From Candidatus Eiseniibacteriota bacterium (GTDB lineage: Bacteria; Eisenbacteria; RBG-16-71-46; CAVPCR01): a DNA stretch of 64,000 nt. The notes under the pieces are model-generated. The model was given only the letters and a program-made list of their open reading frames with translations. It did not search any database and was not told the origin of the DNA. Location: contig CAVPCR010000004.1 in NCBI GenBank assembly GCA_963702435.1, positions 370,829-434,828 on the forward strand. The letters are read 5' to 3'. Both the position numbers and the translations under genes were made by a program. Every line of letters begins with the position of its first letter. Within the stretch, counting starts at the first letter, position 1. This document shows positions 1 through 9,950 of this stretch, piece by piece.

Positions 1-198
1 GAGATCACGACCGCCCACGACGCCGACGTCGGGGAGCGGATCTTCGCCCTCGCGGTGGAGAACCGCTGGCCGCTCAGCGAGCTCTCCGCCGAGGCCTCGA
101 CCCTCGAGGACGTCTTCATCCAGCTCACGCAGTCGGATGCGGGAGCGGGCGCAGGCGAAGCGGCGGCATCTCGAGCGCAGCAAGGGCAAAGCAGATGA
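1..198 (+). CDS. ABC transporter ATP-binding protein, C-terminal fragment (5' end outside window)
   Basis: Frame 1 is open from base 1 to TGA at 196-198. The tail (...LSELSAEASTLEDVFIQLT...) is typical of ABC-2/GldA-type ATPases. Its stop overlaps the ATG of the next gene (ATGA at 195-198). Confidence 0.6.
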   Translation, partial: EITTAHDADVGERIFALAVENRWPLSELSAEASTLEDVFIQLTQSDAGAGAGEAAASRAQQGQSR

Positions 199-908
199 AC
201 ACGATCCTCGCCATCTTCAAGCGGGAGTTCAAGAGCTACTTCCGCTCGCCCATCGCCTACATCTTCATCTGCGCCTTCCAGGGCCTGTCGGCCTGGTTCT
301 TCTACCAGACCTTCTTCGTGCTCGATCAGGCGTCGATGCGCAACTACTTCGACATCCTGCCCTGGATCTTCCTCCTCTTCGTGCCCCTCGTCACCATGCG
401 GCTGTGGGCCGAGGAGCGGAAGATGGGGACCATGGAAGTGCTGATGACGCTGCCCGTGCGCGATCACGAGGCAGTCCTCGGCAAGTACCTGGCGAGCATC
501 GCCTTCCTCGCCGTCGCCCTCGCCCTGACCATCCCCATCCCGCTCACGGTGGCCTGGCTCGGGGATCCCGACATCGGGGTGATGGCGGCCGGCTATATCG
601 GGAGCCTGCTCATGGGTGCCGCCTACCTCGCCATCGGGATCTTCATCTCGAGCATGAGCTCGAACCAGATCGTGGCCGCCATCCTCGGCATGCTCCTTTG
701 CTTCATCCTCTTCTTCATCGGCAACGATCTGGTGCTGTTCAGCGCGCCGAAGGCGCTGGTGCCGCTCCTCGATTACCTCGGGCTCGGCAACCACTTCGAC
801 TCGATCGGGCGCGGAGTTCTCGACTCGCGCGACCTGATCTACTACCTGTCGGTGATCGTCTTCTTCCTCTTCCTGAACGTCCGTGTGATCGAGACGCGGA
901 AGGCCTAG
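195..908 (+). CDS. ABC-2 type transporter permease (GldF-like)
   Basis: 237-aa ORF with about 6 hydrophobic segments. The N-terminus MNTILAIFKREFKSYFRSPIAYIF is characteristic of ABC-2/GldF permeases, and the start is coupled to the upstream ATPase. Confidence 0.85.
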   Translation: MNTILAIFKREFKSYFRSPIAYIFICAFQGLSAWFFYQTFFVLDQASMRNYFDILPWIFLLFVPLVTMRLWAEERKMGTMEVLMTLPVRDHEAVLGKYLASIAFLAVALALTIPIPLTVAWLGDPDIGVMAAGYIGSLLMGAAYLAIGIFISSMSSNQIVAAILGMLLCFILFFIGNDLVLFSAPKALVPLLDYLGLGNHFDSIGRGVLDSRDLIYYLSVIVFFLFLNVRVIETRKA

Positions 909-941
909 CGGACCCCTCCGGAACGTTACGAGGTCGAACCC

Positions 942-2609
942 ATGAGCTCGCGCAATGTCAAGGCCGGACGGAACGCGGTGATCGCGTCGCTCCTTTTCCT
1001 GGCCATCCTGGTCATCGTCAACTTCCTCGCCGCCAAGAGCTTCTTCCGCATCGACCTGACCGCGAACAAGGAGTTCACGATCTCGCCCGCGACCAGGGCC
1101 ATCCTCGGACGCATGGACGACATCGTGAACCTGAAGGTCTACTTCTCGAAGGACTTGCCGTCCTACCTGGCGACCCTCGAGGGCGAGGTGGCCGACCTCC
1201 TCGACGAGTTCCGGGCCTACGCCAAGGGCAACCTGGTCGTCGACTTCGAGGATCCGTCCGCCGACACCGCGGTCGAGGAGCGAGTGCGCCGGCTCGGTAT
1301 CCCGCAGATCCAGCTCGACGTGATCCAGAGCGACAGCCGCTCGATCCAGAACGCCTACCTCGGCATGGCGGCCCTCTACGAGGACCGGAGCGAGACCATC
1401 CCGGTCGTCTACTCGACCGAGAACCTCGAGTACGAGCTGGCCTCGTCGATCGTGAAGGTGCTCGAGAAGGAGCAGAAGGTCGTCGGCTTCCTGACCGGGC
1501 ACGGCGAGCCGGGGTTGCAGGAGCAGTACGACGGCGTCCGCCAGACGATCGAGAAGCAGTACCTGGTCCAGCCTGTCGATCTTGAGGGCGGGCGGGCGCC
1601 GGTGCCGGCGAACGTGAAGGTGCTCGTCATCGCCGGCTCCGTGGACATCACCGAGCGCGAGAAGTACCTGATCGACCAGTACCTGATGGGTGGCGGGCGG
1701 CTCGTGGTGCTCGAGGACGCATTCCAGCTCGTCGGCGGCCAGCTCCAGGCCCGACCGATCCGCTCCGGGCTCGAGAACCTGCTCCCCGCCTACGGGGCGC
1801 GCGTCGAAGAGGAGATCGCGCTCGAGATCCCGCCGCGCTCGGCGACAGCCGGCTTCACCTCCGGGTTCATGCGTTTCATGGTGCGCTATCCCCTCTGGCC
1901 GATGATCGCCAAGGAGGGCTTGAGCCAGGAGAACCCGGTGGTGAGCAAGCTCGAGAGCCTGATCCTGCCGTGGGTGAGCCCGATCTCCGAGTCCGACATG
2001 AAGCCCGCCGGGGTCACCTTCCAGAAGCTCGCCTGGACCTCGGATCAGGCCTGGACCATGAGCGGTTTCTACGACCTGAACCCGCAGCAGGAATGGCAGC
2101 GTCCCCCCGAGAAGATCAAGAGCTACACGGTGGCGGCGGCTCTCACCGGCAAGTTCAGGAGCTACTTCGCCGACAGGGAGGTGCCGGCGGCGCCCGCCGA
2201 CACCATGCCCGGCGCCGCGCCGGTCCCGCCCGATGCGCCGAAGCTCACGGAGAGCCCGGATACGCAGATCCTCGTCGTCGGGACCTCGCACTTCATCACC
2301 GCCAACTTCCTGACCCAGTACCCGGGCAACGTCACCTTCTTCCAGAACGCGCTCGACTGGATGGCGCTCGGGAACGATCTCATCGCGATCCGTTCGCGGG
2401 CGGTGAGCGACCGGCCGCTCAAGCCGGAGATCCAGATGGACGAGGCGGCGCGCAAGCGCGACGCCATCAAGTACGCGGGCATCTTCGGCATGCCGATCCT
2501 GCTCACCCTCTTCGGCGTGAGCCAGTGGATGGCGCGGCGGCGCGCGAAGCAGGCATTCGAGACCTCGCTGCGCGGGCCGCGACCGGACGACAGACCAGAA
2601 GGATCGTAG
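942..2609 (+). CDS. GldG-family ABC-transporter auxiliary protein
   Basis: 555-aa ORF with N- and C-terminal TM anchors and a large periplasmic part. The motif ...RIDLTANKEFTISPATRAIL...VYFS... and its position after a GldF-like permease match GldG. Confidence 0.8.
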   Translation: MSSRNVKAGRNAVIASLLFLAILVIVNFLAAKSFFRIDLTANKEFTISPATRAILGRMDDIVNLKVYFSKDLPSYLATLEGEVADLLDEFRAYAKGNLVVDFEDPSADTAVEERVRRLGIPQIQLDVIQSDSRSIQNAYLGMAALYEDRSETIPVVYSTENLEYELASSIVKVLEKEQKVVGFLTGHGEPGLQEQYDGVRQTIEKQYLVQPVDLEGGRAPVPANVKVLVIAGSVDITEREKYLIDQYLMGGGRLVVLEDAFQLVGGQLQARPIRSGLENLLPAYGARVEEEIALEIPPRSATAGFTSGFMRFMVRYPLWPMIAKEGLSQENPVVSKLESLILPWVSPISESDMKPAGVTFQKLAWTSDQAWTMSGFYDLNPQQEWQRPPEKIKSYTVAAALTGKFRSYFADREVPAAPADTMPGAAPVPPDAPKLTESPDTQILVVGTSHFITANFLTQYPGNVTFFQNALDWMALGNDLIAIRSRAVSDRPLKPEIQMDEAARKRDAIKYAGIFGMPILLTLFGVSQWMARRRAKQAFETSLRGPRPDDRPEGS

Positions 2610-2623
2610 GGGAGGCGATCGCC

Positions 2624-3613
2624 ATGGAAGCCAAACACATGCGCAACATGGCCCTCGTGCTCGTTGCCCTGGTCCTCGTCGCCCTCGTTCTCGAGCGGCC
2701 GTGGTCGCGCCGGGGCCCGGGCAACGACGAGCGGCTCTATCCCGACTACAAGGCGGAGAAGATCGATCGCATCCGCATCGTGAACCGCGCCGATACGGTC
2801 GATCTGGTCCGCCGCGACGACGTGTGGCTCGTCGACGGACCGCGTCCTCTCCCCGCCGACACGGCGATGATCAACCGGGCGCTCGAGTCGGTCGTCAAGT
2901 TCGAGACGACGCAGCTCGTCTCGAAGAACACGAGCAAGTTCGAGGTCTTCCAGGTCGATTCGACGAGCGCCGCCCATGTCGAGCTCTATGCCGGCGGCGA
3001 CCGGCCGGTCGTGGGCGTGCTTATCGGCAAGATGACGCCGGACGGCGGCACCTACTTCCGGCCGGCCGGGGAGGACAAGGTCTACTCGGCTCCCGATCGC
3101 GTGCGCGTGTACTTCGCGCGCGGCTCGCGGCAATGGCCCGATCGCAAGATCTTTGCGGCCGATCCGACGACCATCACCAAGCTCACGATCGTGCGTGGCG
3201 ACTCGACCATCGTGTTCGAGAAGGGAACGGACGGGACCTGGGCGCTCAAGCAGCCGCTCGCCTTCCCGGTCAAGACCGAGGAGCTGGACCAGCTCGTGCG
3301 GACTGCGGCCACCCTCACCGCGACGAGCTTCCCGGATTCCGAGGTGACGGTCGCCGCCGCGGGCCTCGACCGGCCGGCGCTGCGCGTCAAGGCGGAGCGC
3401 CTCGACGGCGTCGCGAGCGAGCTCCTGGTCGGAGCCTCGTCCGCGAACAACCTCTACTACGCGAAGGCGGCCGACCGCGACTGGATCTACATGCTCGGCG
3501 CCTACCAGCGCGACCTCTTCTACAAGGACCTCCTGAGTCTCAAGGCGGAGACGCCGCCGCCGGCCGCTCCATCCGATACCACGAGCGCCGGACGGCCCGG
3601 TGATTCCGGCTAG
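2624..3613 (+). CDS. DUF4340-like membrane-anchored protein
   Basis: Internal ATG at 2624 (MEAKHMRNMALVLVALVLV...) gives a signal anchor 15 nt after the GldG stop. GldG plus DUF4340 is the usual gene order. Confidence 0.6.
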   Translation: MEAKHMRNMALVLVALVLVALVLERPWSRRGPGNDERLYPDYKAEKIDRIRIVNRADTVDLVRRDDVWLVDGPRPLPADTAMINRALESVVKFETTQLVSKNTSKFEVFQVDSTSAAHVELYAGGDRPVVGVLIGKMTPDGGTYFRPAGEDKVYSAPDRVRVYFARGSRQWPDRKIFAADPTTITKLTIVRGDSTIVFEKGTDGTWALKQPLAFPVKTEELDQLVRTAATLTATSFPDSEVTVAAAGLDRPALRVKAERLDGVASELLVGASSANNLYYAKAADRDWIYMLGAYQRDLFYKDLLSLKAETPPPAAPSDTTSAGRPGDSG

Positions 3614-4883
3614 CGCGATCGAGCGCCAGCGCTCTCGCCGCCGCGGATCACGCGGCCCGGTGCTCGCCGTCCTCGCGGCGGTGGCGCTCGCGGGAGTCGC
3701 GCTCGGGTTCGCCGCCGCACCGTGCGCGGCGGCCGAGCCGCCGCGGCATGCCGAGCCGCCGCGGCGCGCGGTCGCCGACTCGACGCTCGCGCGGCTCGAC
3801 GCAGAGGCCGGCGCTGCCCTTGCCGCGCGCGATCTCGCGGCGATCTTCCGGGTCGGCGATGAGGCGCGGCTTCTCCCGCCCGGACACGGCACCCCGCGGA
3901 CCGAGCTCGCCGCCGGGATCGCCGACGTGCGCGCGCACGATCTCGCTGGCGCCGTCGCCCGCTTCCGGGCGGTGAGCCCGGCGGGGCTCGTCCTCGTCAT
4001 CCTCGGGCTCGCCGGCCTCGCCGTGCTCCTCGGTGTCACGCTCTACGGCCCGGTCGCGGCCTGCGTGTGGGTGGCGGGCGAGCGCTGGCGGCAGACCGCG
4101 CTCACGCCGTTCGCCGCGGCAGACACTGCCCTCTTACCCATCAGGAACCGCGTCTCGTGGCGCGCGCCGCTCGGTCTCCGGGCGGGACTCCTCCTCACGG
4201 TGGCCGATGATGCGATCGGCCTCCTCGCCGCCTTCGCCCTCGCCTGGCTTGTCTACGGCTCGCCGGGCGCCGTGCTCGCGATCGAGACGGCGACCCGCGC
4301 CGGCGCCATCTCGACCCTCGCCGGCACCGCGGCCGGGAACCTCGGCGCGCTGCTCGTGACCGCGCTGCTCCTTCGTGCGCGCGGCGCGGGTGTCCGCGCC
4401 GCGGGGTTCGTGCCGGTCCCCGTCGCGCGCACCCTCATGATCGCAGCCGGTCTTGCGCTGCCGCTGCTCTTCCTCTCCGCGGCGCACGATCTCCTGTTCG
4501 TGAAGGTCATGGGGCGTGAGCCGCACTCGAACGCGGAGCCGATCCTCGAGTTGCTGCTCGGCCCGACGGGAGGCTGGCTCGGGCTCGCCGCGACCATCCT
4601 GACCGTCGCCGTCAGCGCGCCCATCGTCGAGGAGGTGGTCTACCGCGGGGTCGTTTACCGCGCCTTCCGCGATCGTGCCGGCGTGCCGCTCGCCATCCTC
4701 GCCTCGGGGTTCGTGTTCGCGATCGCCCACCTCGAGGTGGACCACATCCTGCCCCTGTGGTGGATCGGCATGGCGCTTGCAATGGTCGTCGAGCGCACCG
4801 GATCGATCATCCCGGCCATCGCGCTGCACGCGCTCTACAACTCGCTCTCGCTCGGGGTCTACTTGAGCGGGCGAGGCGGGTGA
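3600..4883 (+). CDS. CPBP (CAAX/Abi) family intramembrane protease
   Basis: Polytopic membrane ORF with the CPBP motifs EEVVYRG ... FAIAHL ... HALYN. The GTG start overlaps the upstream stop. Confidence 0.75.
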   Translation: MIPASAIERQRSRRRGSRGPVLAVLAAVALAGVALGFAAAPCAAAEPPRHAEPPRRAVADSTLARLDAEAGAALAARDLAAIFRVGDEARLLPPGHGTPRTELAAGIADVRAHDLAGAVARFRAVSPAGLVLVILGLAGLAVLLGVTLYGPVAACVWVAGERWRQTALTPFAAADTALLPIRNRVSWRAPLGLRAGLLLTVADDAIGLLAAFALAWLVYGSPGAVLAIETATRAGAISTLAGTAAGNLGALLVTALLLRARGAGVRAAGFVPVPVARTLMIAAGLALPLLFLSAAHDLLFVKVMGREPHSNAEPILELLLGPTGGWLGLAATILTVAVSAPIVEEVVYRGVVYRAFRDRAGVPLAILASGFVFAIAHLEVDHILPLWWIGMALAMVVERTGSIIPAIALHALYNSLSLGVYLSGRGG

Positions 4884-4908
4884 GGTCGGTTGCGCCCGTG
4901 CCTGCGGC

Positions 4909-6951
4909 TCAGCGGTCGACGACGACGACGCGCTGGACCGCCGATTCGGTGCCGGCGGTGAGCTGCAAGAAATAGACGCCAGGCGCGAGATCCTGCGCCA
5001 AGGCGAAGCGATGGGTGCCGCTCGCCTGCTCGCCGTCGGCGAGCCGCGCGGCGACGCGGCCGGCGACATCCACCACGCGGAGCGCGACGCGCCCGGAGCG
5101 AGGCAGCGTGTACTCGCCGGCAAAGGGGCCCGGGGCGGGGTTCGGGTGGATCGGCGCGAGACTCAAGGCCAACCCGGGCGCGCCCGGCGCGGCGGGGTCG
5201 GCGGGCCCGATCGCCACCGGCGGCACCTCGACCGCGCCGCGGAGGATCCAGAAGTACGGGTCGAAGAGGAGCGCTACCGGTTCGCCGCCCGCGGGCACCG
5301 TGAAGGTCTGGACCTCGAGGCTGTCGGCGATCACCGACCACGTCGTGTCTCCGCCGGCCGTCACCACCCCGATGTCGATCGGCATCTTGAACGGCGGGGC
5401 ATCGATCTGCTCCTGCTCGACGTTCAACGTCACCGCCCAGGCGCCGCCGCCCAGGTTCACGGGCAGCCACCAGTAGGCGTAGAGGGGCTTCCCCGGGTTG
5501 TACACCCACTCGGCGAAGAACCAGTCGAGGCTCTGCCCGTGGAGGTTCTCGGCGAGGGTTTGGAAGTCGGCGGTCACCGCGTTCCCGTAGGCGTACCGGA
5601 TCGCCCACTCCCGCAGGAGCTGGCTGAAGAGCGCATCGCCCATCACGTGGCGCAGCATGTGCAGCACCCAGGCGCCCTTCTTGTAGACCGTGCTGCTGAA
5701 CAGATAGGTGGGGTCGTACACCGGGCCCTGGAACGAACCGACGTCGAGACTCCGCATGTAGTAAACGTAGGCGGCAAAGCCCTGCTGATCCTCGACCCAC
5801 ACCGCCTCCGAGAAGGTGGCGAAGCCCTCGTTGAGCCAGATGTCCCGCCAGTCGCCGAGCGTGACCAGGTCGCCCCACCACTGGTGGGCGAGCTCGTGCG
5901 CGACCACCCAGTCGTAGGTGTGATCGCCGCGCACGAGCCCCGCCGAGTAGCTCGTGCAGGTCTGATGCTCCATGGCCCCGCCCCACTGGAACATGGCCAT
6001 GCCGTACTTCTCGTCGAGGAACGGGTACTCGCCGAAGCGGGCGGCGAAGGTCTCGATCATGGGAACGGTGACGCTCCAGTCCTCCTGGGCCTGCGCTAGC
6101 CGCTCCGGATACGAGTAGAAGACGACCGGCATCGGGTCGTGGCCGGGGACGACGTACTCGTCCTGGAAGACGACGTAGTTGGTGGCGGTGACGCTCACGA
6201 GGTAGGTCGCGATCGGATAGGACTCGACCCAGTGGAACGTGGTCAGGCCGGGGGCCGACGAGGTCTGCCCGAGGAGCGTGCCGTTCGACGCGACGACCAT
6301 GGTGTCGGGCACCGTGAAGTGGAGCGTGGCGGTGGCCTTGTCGTTGGGCACGTCCTTGCACGGCCACCAGTTCCGGGCGTAGGTGGGCTCGGAGAGCGAG
6401 GCCACGATCTGGGCGCCGGAATGCAGGCCGAAATCGAACGCGAGGAATCCGCCGACCGCCGGCTGGCCGGCGTAGGCCACCCGCACGGTGAACGGCTCGC
6501 CGGGGGCGAACGAGCGGTCGAGCGTGATGGTGAGGAGATCGTTCGCGTGCGTGTAGGCGAGCGGCGTGCCGTTGCGATCGACCTGGCTCACGGTCAACGC
6601 GTTGTGCAGATCGAGCACGACCATGGCGAGCGCCGGCACCGTGCTCTCGCTCGTCATGGTGAGGAGGCCGGACACCGCTTCGGTCGTGAAGTCGATGTCG
6701 AGCGCGAGATCGTAGTGGCGGACGTCGAAGTCCTCCTGGCCTTCCGCCGGCTGAAAGCGGTCCGGATCGCGCAGCAGCTCGAGCGAGTGCTTGGCGTCGA
6801 TGAGCGGATGCGGTTCCTCGGGAATCGCCATCCCGGCCGTGGCTGATCCGCCCGCGGTCACCGGGAGGAGGAGCGCCGTGCACAGCAGCGCGCGAGCGGT
6901 CCCCCCCGAGTGGAAGAGCCGAGGAACCTTCATGGACGGGAGAACCTCCAT
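4909..6951 (-). CDS. M1-family zinc aminopeptidase with C-terminal FlgD-Ig/T9SS-type sorting domain
   Basis: Signal peptide, GAMEH exopeptidase motif and HELAHQWWG...WLNEGFATF (HEXXH-18-E). The C-terminal about 80 aa (...VALRVVDVAGRVAARL...GVYFLQLTAG...VVVVDR) form a CTD. Confidence 0.9.
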   Translation of the reverse strand: MEVLPSMKVPRLFHSGGTARALLCTALLLPVTAGGSATAGMAIPEEPHPLIDAKHSLELLRDPDRFQPAEGQEDFDVRHYDLALDIDFTTEAVSGLLTMTSESTVPALAMVVLDLHNALTVSQVDRNGTPLAYTHANDLLTITLDRSFAPGEPFTVRVAYAGQPAVGGFLAFDFGLHSGAQIVASLSEPTYARNWWPCKDVPNDKATATLHFTVPDTMVVASNGTLLGQTSSAPGLTTFHWVESYPIATYLVSVTATNYVVFQDEYVVPGHDPMPVVFYSYPERLAQAQEDWSVTVPMIETFAARFGEYPFLDEKYGMAMFQWGGAMEHQTCTSYSAGLVRGDHTYDWVVAHELAHQWWGDLVTLGDWRDIWLNEGFATFSEAVWVEDQQGFAAYVYYMRSLDVGSFQGPVYDPTYLFSSTVYKKGAWVLHMLRHVMGDALFSQLLREWAIRYAYGNAVTADFQTLAENLHGQSLDWFFAEWVYNPGKPLYAYWWLPVNLGGGAWAVTLNVEQEQIDAPPFKMPIDIGVVTAGGDTTWSVIADSLEVQTFTVPAGGEPVALLFDPYFWILRGAVEVPPVAIGPADPAAPGAPGLALSLAPIHPNPAPGPFAGEYTLPRSGRVALRVVDVAGRVAARLADGEQASGTHRFALAQDLAPGVYFLQLTAGTESAVQRVVVVDR

Positions 6952-7398
6952 CGGGAGCCGGGGGTGAATCGCGCCGGGACGGATCGCGGGGGCGGGGCGA
7001 TCGCGAGGGCGCGAGCAGGGCGCGGTCCCGTCGCTCGAGCTGCCGGTGCGGAACCCAAGTGCAGCGACGGGATGCCGCGAGACGCACTCGACGCTGATAC
7101 ATTATACACCACGCGCGAACCACGAGACGGACAGGGTGGTTCGGGGGCCGCCGGCCCGGGATCGCAGCGCGCCGCGGGCGGCCGGATGGCCCGGCGCGAG
7201 CGGGGTTTGGGTTGACGCACCCGGGCTTGCGGAGGACAATCGTGGGGTTAAGTCACCTTATCGGCCACCGATGCGCCGCAGCGAGCGGCGGCTCCCGGTG
7301 CCCGTGAGTTCGGCGCCCGGCTCCCCCACGGGTGCGGCCGCGTGCGGGCGCCGGGTCGGCATCGTGGGCGGCCCCGGGCCGCGGCCTCCGTCAAGACC

Positions 7399-8760
7399 AT
7401 GTCCCAATCCTGTCCCCCCAACGCCCGTCGCAGAGCGCGCCTGATCCTCCTCCTGGTGCTCGTCCCGGCTTTCGCCGGGACGGCCTGTGTTCCGGTCTAC
7501 GAGCGGCGACTCGACGCGCTCCGCGACGCGGGCGATCTCGCTTCCGCCGCCGACCTCCTGGCCGATGCTGGGGCCCGCGCTCCCGAGAACCCCGGCATCC
7601 GCCGGGAGACGGGGATTCTCTTCTTCGAGCGCGGCGAGACGGAGGAGGCGATCGCGGAGCTCGAGAAGTCCCTGGCGCTGGACCCGACCGATGCGCGCGC
7701 CGCGGTCTACCTCGGTGCTGCGTACGAAACGGCGGGACGCTTCAGCGAGGCCGCGGCGTGCTACCGGCAGGCGGCTGCTACATCCACGGCAGACGCCGGC
7801 GTCGCGGCGGCCCTCGCCTGCCAGCGGAGTCTCGTCGAGTCGCGCCATCTCGGGGATCTGATCGCCGCACGCCTCGCCGCGGAGAAGGCCGGCACCCTGC
7901 CCGCGGCAGAGCGGATCCTCTTCCTGCCGTTCTCCGTGTACGGCACGAACCCGGAGGCGATGACCCTCCGCCTCGGGCTCGCGGCGGTGGCGAGCGCCGA
8001 CTGGCGGGGGACTCCGCCGGCAGTCCCATTCGCCGAGCTGGATGCCTTGTTCGCGGCGCTCGGTGTGCCGACCGAACGCACGATCGACGCGGAGATGCAG
8101 GAGCGCCTCGCGCGTCTCACCGGCGCGCGCTATGTGATCACCGGTCAGATCTCGGAGCTGCGCGAGCTCGTTTCGGTGGCTCCGGTCCTCATCGATCGCG
8201 GCGCTCCGGCCGGCGCGGATTCGTCGGGGGCGGAATCCGGCGCAGCATCGGCGCAGGAGACGCGTCTCGCCTACCAGCAGGAGCATGTCGGTGCGCTCGT
8301 GGTGCTCGAGGAGGAGCTCCTGCAGAATGTCGCCTCGGCCCTCGCCGTCGAGCTCGCGGCGGCGGATGCCGCTGCCGCCCGCCGCTTCTCGGCGCGCAGC
8401 GGCCAGGCCATCGCCCTCTACGGTGAGGCGCTCTTCCTCGAGCGATCGGGGGATCCGGCCGCCGCCGCCGAGCGACTTGCCGCGGCGACCGCTCTCGATC
8501 CGGAGTTCGATCTCGCGCGTGATGCGAGTCTCCGTCTCTCATCCTGCCCTGGCGCGGCCGGGGACCCGGCCGCTCTCATCAGCTCCTACGAGCGCGCGCG
8601 CCGGGAGATGGCCGGAGACGACCGCGAGCGCGAGCTCCTCGCCGGGACCACGGAGACCGTGGGGCGCGTCGGCGGCGCGGAGGGCGAGAGCGACAACTAC
8701 TCGGTCAACCGGGCGGGTTCCTCGGGGTCGGCGGTGTTCCCGGTGCGGCTGCCGCGATGA
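7399..8760 (+). CDS. TPR-repeat lipoprotein with CsgG/LpoB-like central segment
   Basis: ORF 7342-8760; I prefer the ATG at 7399 (MSQS...LILLLVLVPAFAGTAC lipobox). TPR-like helices (EEAIAELEKSLALDPTDARAAVYLGAAYE). The central ILFLPFSVYG...ARYVITGQISEL resembles CsgG/LpoB-type lipoproteins, but weakly. Confidence 0.6.
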   Translation: MSQSCPPNARRRARLILLLVLVPAFAGTACVPVYERRLDALRDAGDLASAADLLADAGARAPENPGIRRETGILFFERGETEEAIAELEKSLALDPTDARAAVYLGAAYETAGRFSEAAACYRQAAATSTADAGVAAALACQRSLVESRHLGDLIAARLAAEKAGTLPAAERILFLPFSVYGTNPEAMTLRLGLAAVASADWRGTPPAVPFAELDALFAALGVPTERTIDAEMQERLARLTGARYVITGQISELRELVSVAPVLIDRGAPAGADSSGAESGAASAQETRLAYQQEHVGALVVLEEELLQNVASALAVELAAADAAAARRFSARSGQAIALYGEALFLERSGDPAAAAERLAAATALDPEFDLARDASLRLSSCPGAAGDPAALISSYERARREMAGDDRERELLAGTTETVGRVGGAEGESDNYSVNRAGSSGSAVFPVRLPR

Positions 8761-9950
8761 AGCGGATCAGCACATGCTTCGCGCTCGCCGGGCTCGTGCT
8801 GGCGATGCCTGCGGTCGCCGACCAACCCGGACCGGAGCCGCTGGTCATGGCCCCCGCGTCCGAGCTCCTGCCCGGGGATCGCGTGTTCCCGCTGGCGGTG
8901 GCCGCGACCGAGGTCGAGATGGCCCTCGACTACCGGACGTGGTCGGTCGAGGAGGAGAACGGCGAGTCGAGCGTCGACCAACTCGCGTTCCCCGTGGTCG
9001 TGCGAAGCCGGCTCCACGCCAATCTCGATTTCTCCTACCTCTTCACCGTCGCCTCGTCCTCGCTCGACTTCGAGAGCGGGGGCGACGATCTCTCCGGCAT
9101 CACCGACGGCAAGCTCGGCGTGACCTATCTCCTGCCCGATCGCCGCTTCTCGCTCGGCTTCGGCCTGCGCATCCCGTCCGGCGAGAGCGAGCTCGATCCC
9201 GGCGAGGAGACCGTGGCGCAGGTCCTGAACGACCGCATCCTCGGCTTTCGCGTGAAGCGGTACGGCGAGGGTCTCGACGTCGAGATGCGCGGCGGCTACG
9301 CGACGACCCTGGGCAGCCGGACGGCGGTGGCCGCCGCCGTCTCGTACCTGGTGAAGGGGAACTTCCCGATCCTCGACCCCTCGACTGAGGCGGAGTCCAC
9401 CTACGAGCCGGGGAGCGAGTTCTCCGTCGTGGGGCAGATCAGCTCCCGCGCTGCGGCCCGCGACTTGAGCGGCCGGCTCCGCATCGCCGCCTACGGCCGC
9501 GACCGGCGGGACGGGGTGGACGAGATCGAGGAGGCAGCCGAGGTGGAGCTCGACCTCGGCGTGGTCGAGGAGCACCTGGCCGGCGTCGTGGTGCTCGACA
9601 CATCGTTCCTGCTCAAGGGGAACACGCAGATCCTGAGCGCGGACGGGCTCACTCCGGTGCGCGATGTCGGCGGCAACATCTGGCGTCTCGGCGGCGGATT
9701 CTACGGAAAGCTCGATGCACGGAGCGAGCTCGGAGGGCGGGCCGACCTGAGCCTGTACGGAGAAGGCGAGCAAGGGACCGGCGACGGTCTCGTCTTCGCG
9801 ATCGGCCCCCGTTACCGCCGCGACCTGGGCGGCGGTCTTGCCGCGGGTCTCGGCTACACCTTCTCCGTGGGCAACACCGAGGACGGCACGATCGATCTGA
9901 CCGGGCACGATCTGACGGTCACGCTCGGCTACGGCTGGGGGCGGCGATGA
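8757..9950 (+). CDS. Putative outer-membrane beta-barrel protein
   Basis: Signal peptide MKRISTCFALAGLVLAMPAVA followed by alternating hydrophobic beta-strand-like pattern throughout. ATGA overlap with the upstream gene. Confidence 0.5.
   Translation: MKRISTCFALAGLVLAMPAVADQPGPEPLVMAPASELLPGDRVFPLAVAATEVEMALDYRTWSVEEENGESSVDQLAFPVVVRSRLHANLDFSYLFTVASSSLDFESGGDDLSGITDGKLGVTYLLPDRRFSLGFGLRIPSGESELDPGEETVAQVLNDRILGFRVKRYGEGLDVEMRGGYATTLGSRTAVAAAVSYLVKGNFPILDPSTEAESTYEPGSEFSVVGQISSRAAARDLSGRLRIAAYGRDRRDGVDEIEEAAEVELDLGVVEEHLAGVVVLDTSFLLKGNTQILSADGLTPVRDVGGNIWRLGGGFYGKLDARSELGGRADLSLYGEGEQGTGDGLVFAIGPRYRRDLGGGLAAGLGYTFSVGNTEDGTIDLTGHDLTVTLGYGWGRR

Noticed and set aside
2162-4039. 625-aa minus-strand ORF. 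Other very long shadow ORFs behave the same way: 4859-7123 (-), 11818-13929 (-), 16843-18963 (-), 22140-24554 (-), 25484-27721 (-), 27664-29562 (-), 30971-33097 (+), 36544-38250 (-) and 137-1585 (+).
   Set aside because: All are Arg/Pro/Gly/Ala-rich low-complexity translations lying antisense to, or out of frame with, ORFs that carry clear family motifs. Long open shadow frames are expected at this G+C content.
7342-7398. Upstream start at 7342 for the TPR lipoprotein.
   Set aside because: It adds 19 Arg/Ala-rich residues ahead of the lipoprotein signal, and the ATG at 7399 gives a normal signal peptide. This is not excluded, and only the start coordinate is affected.
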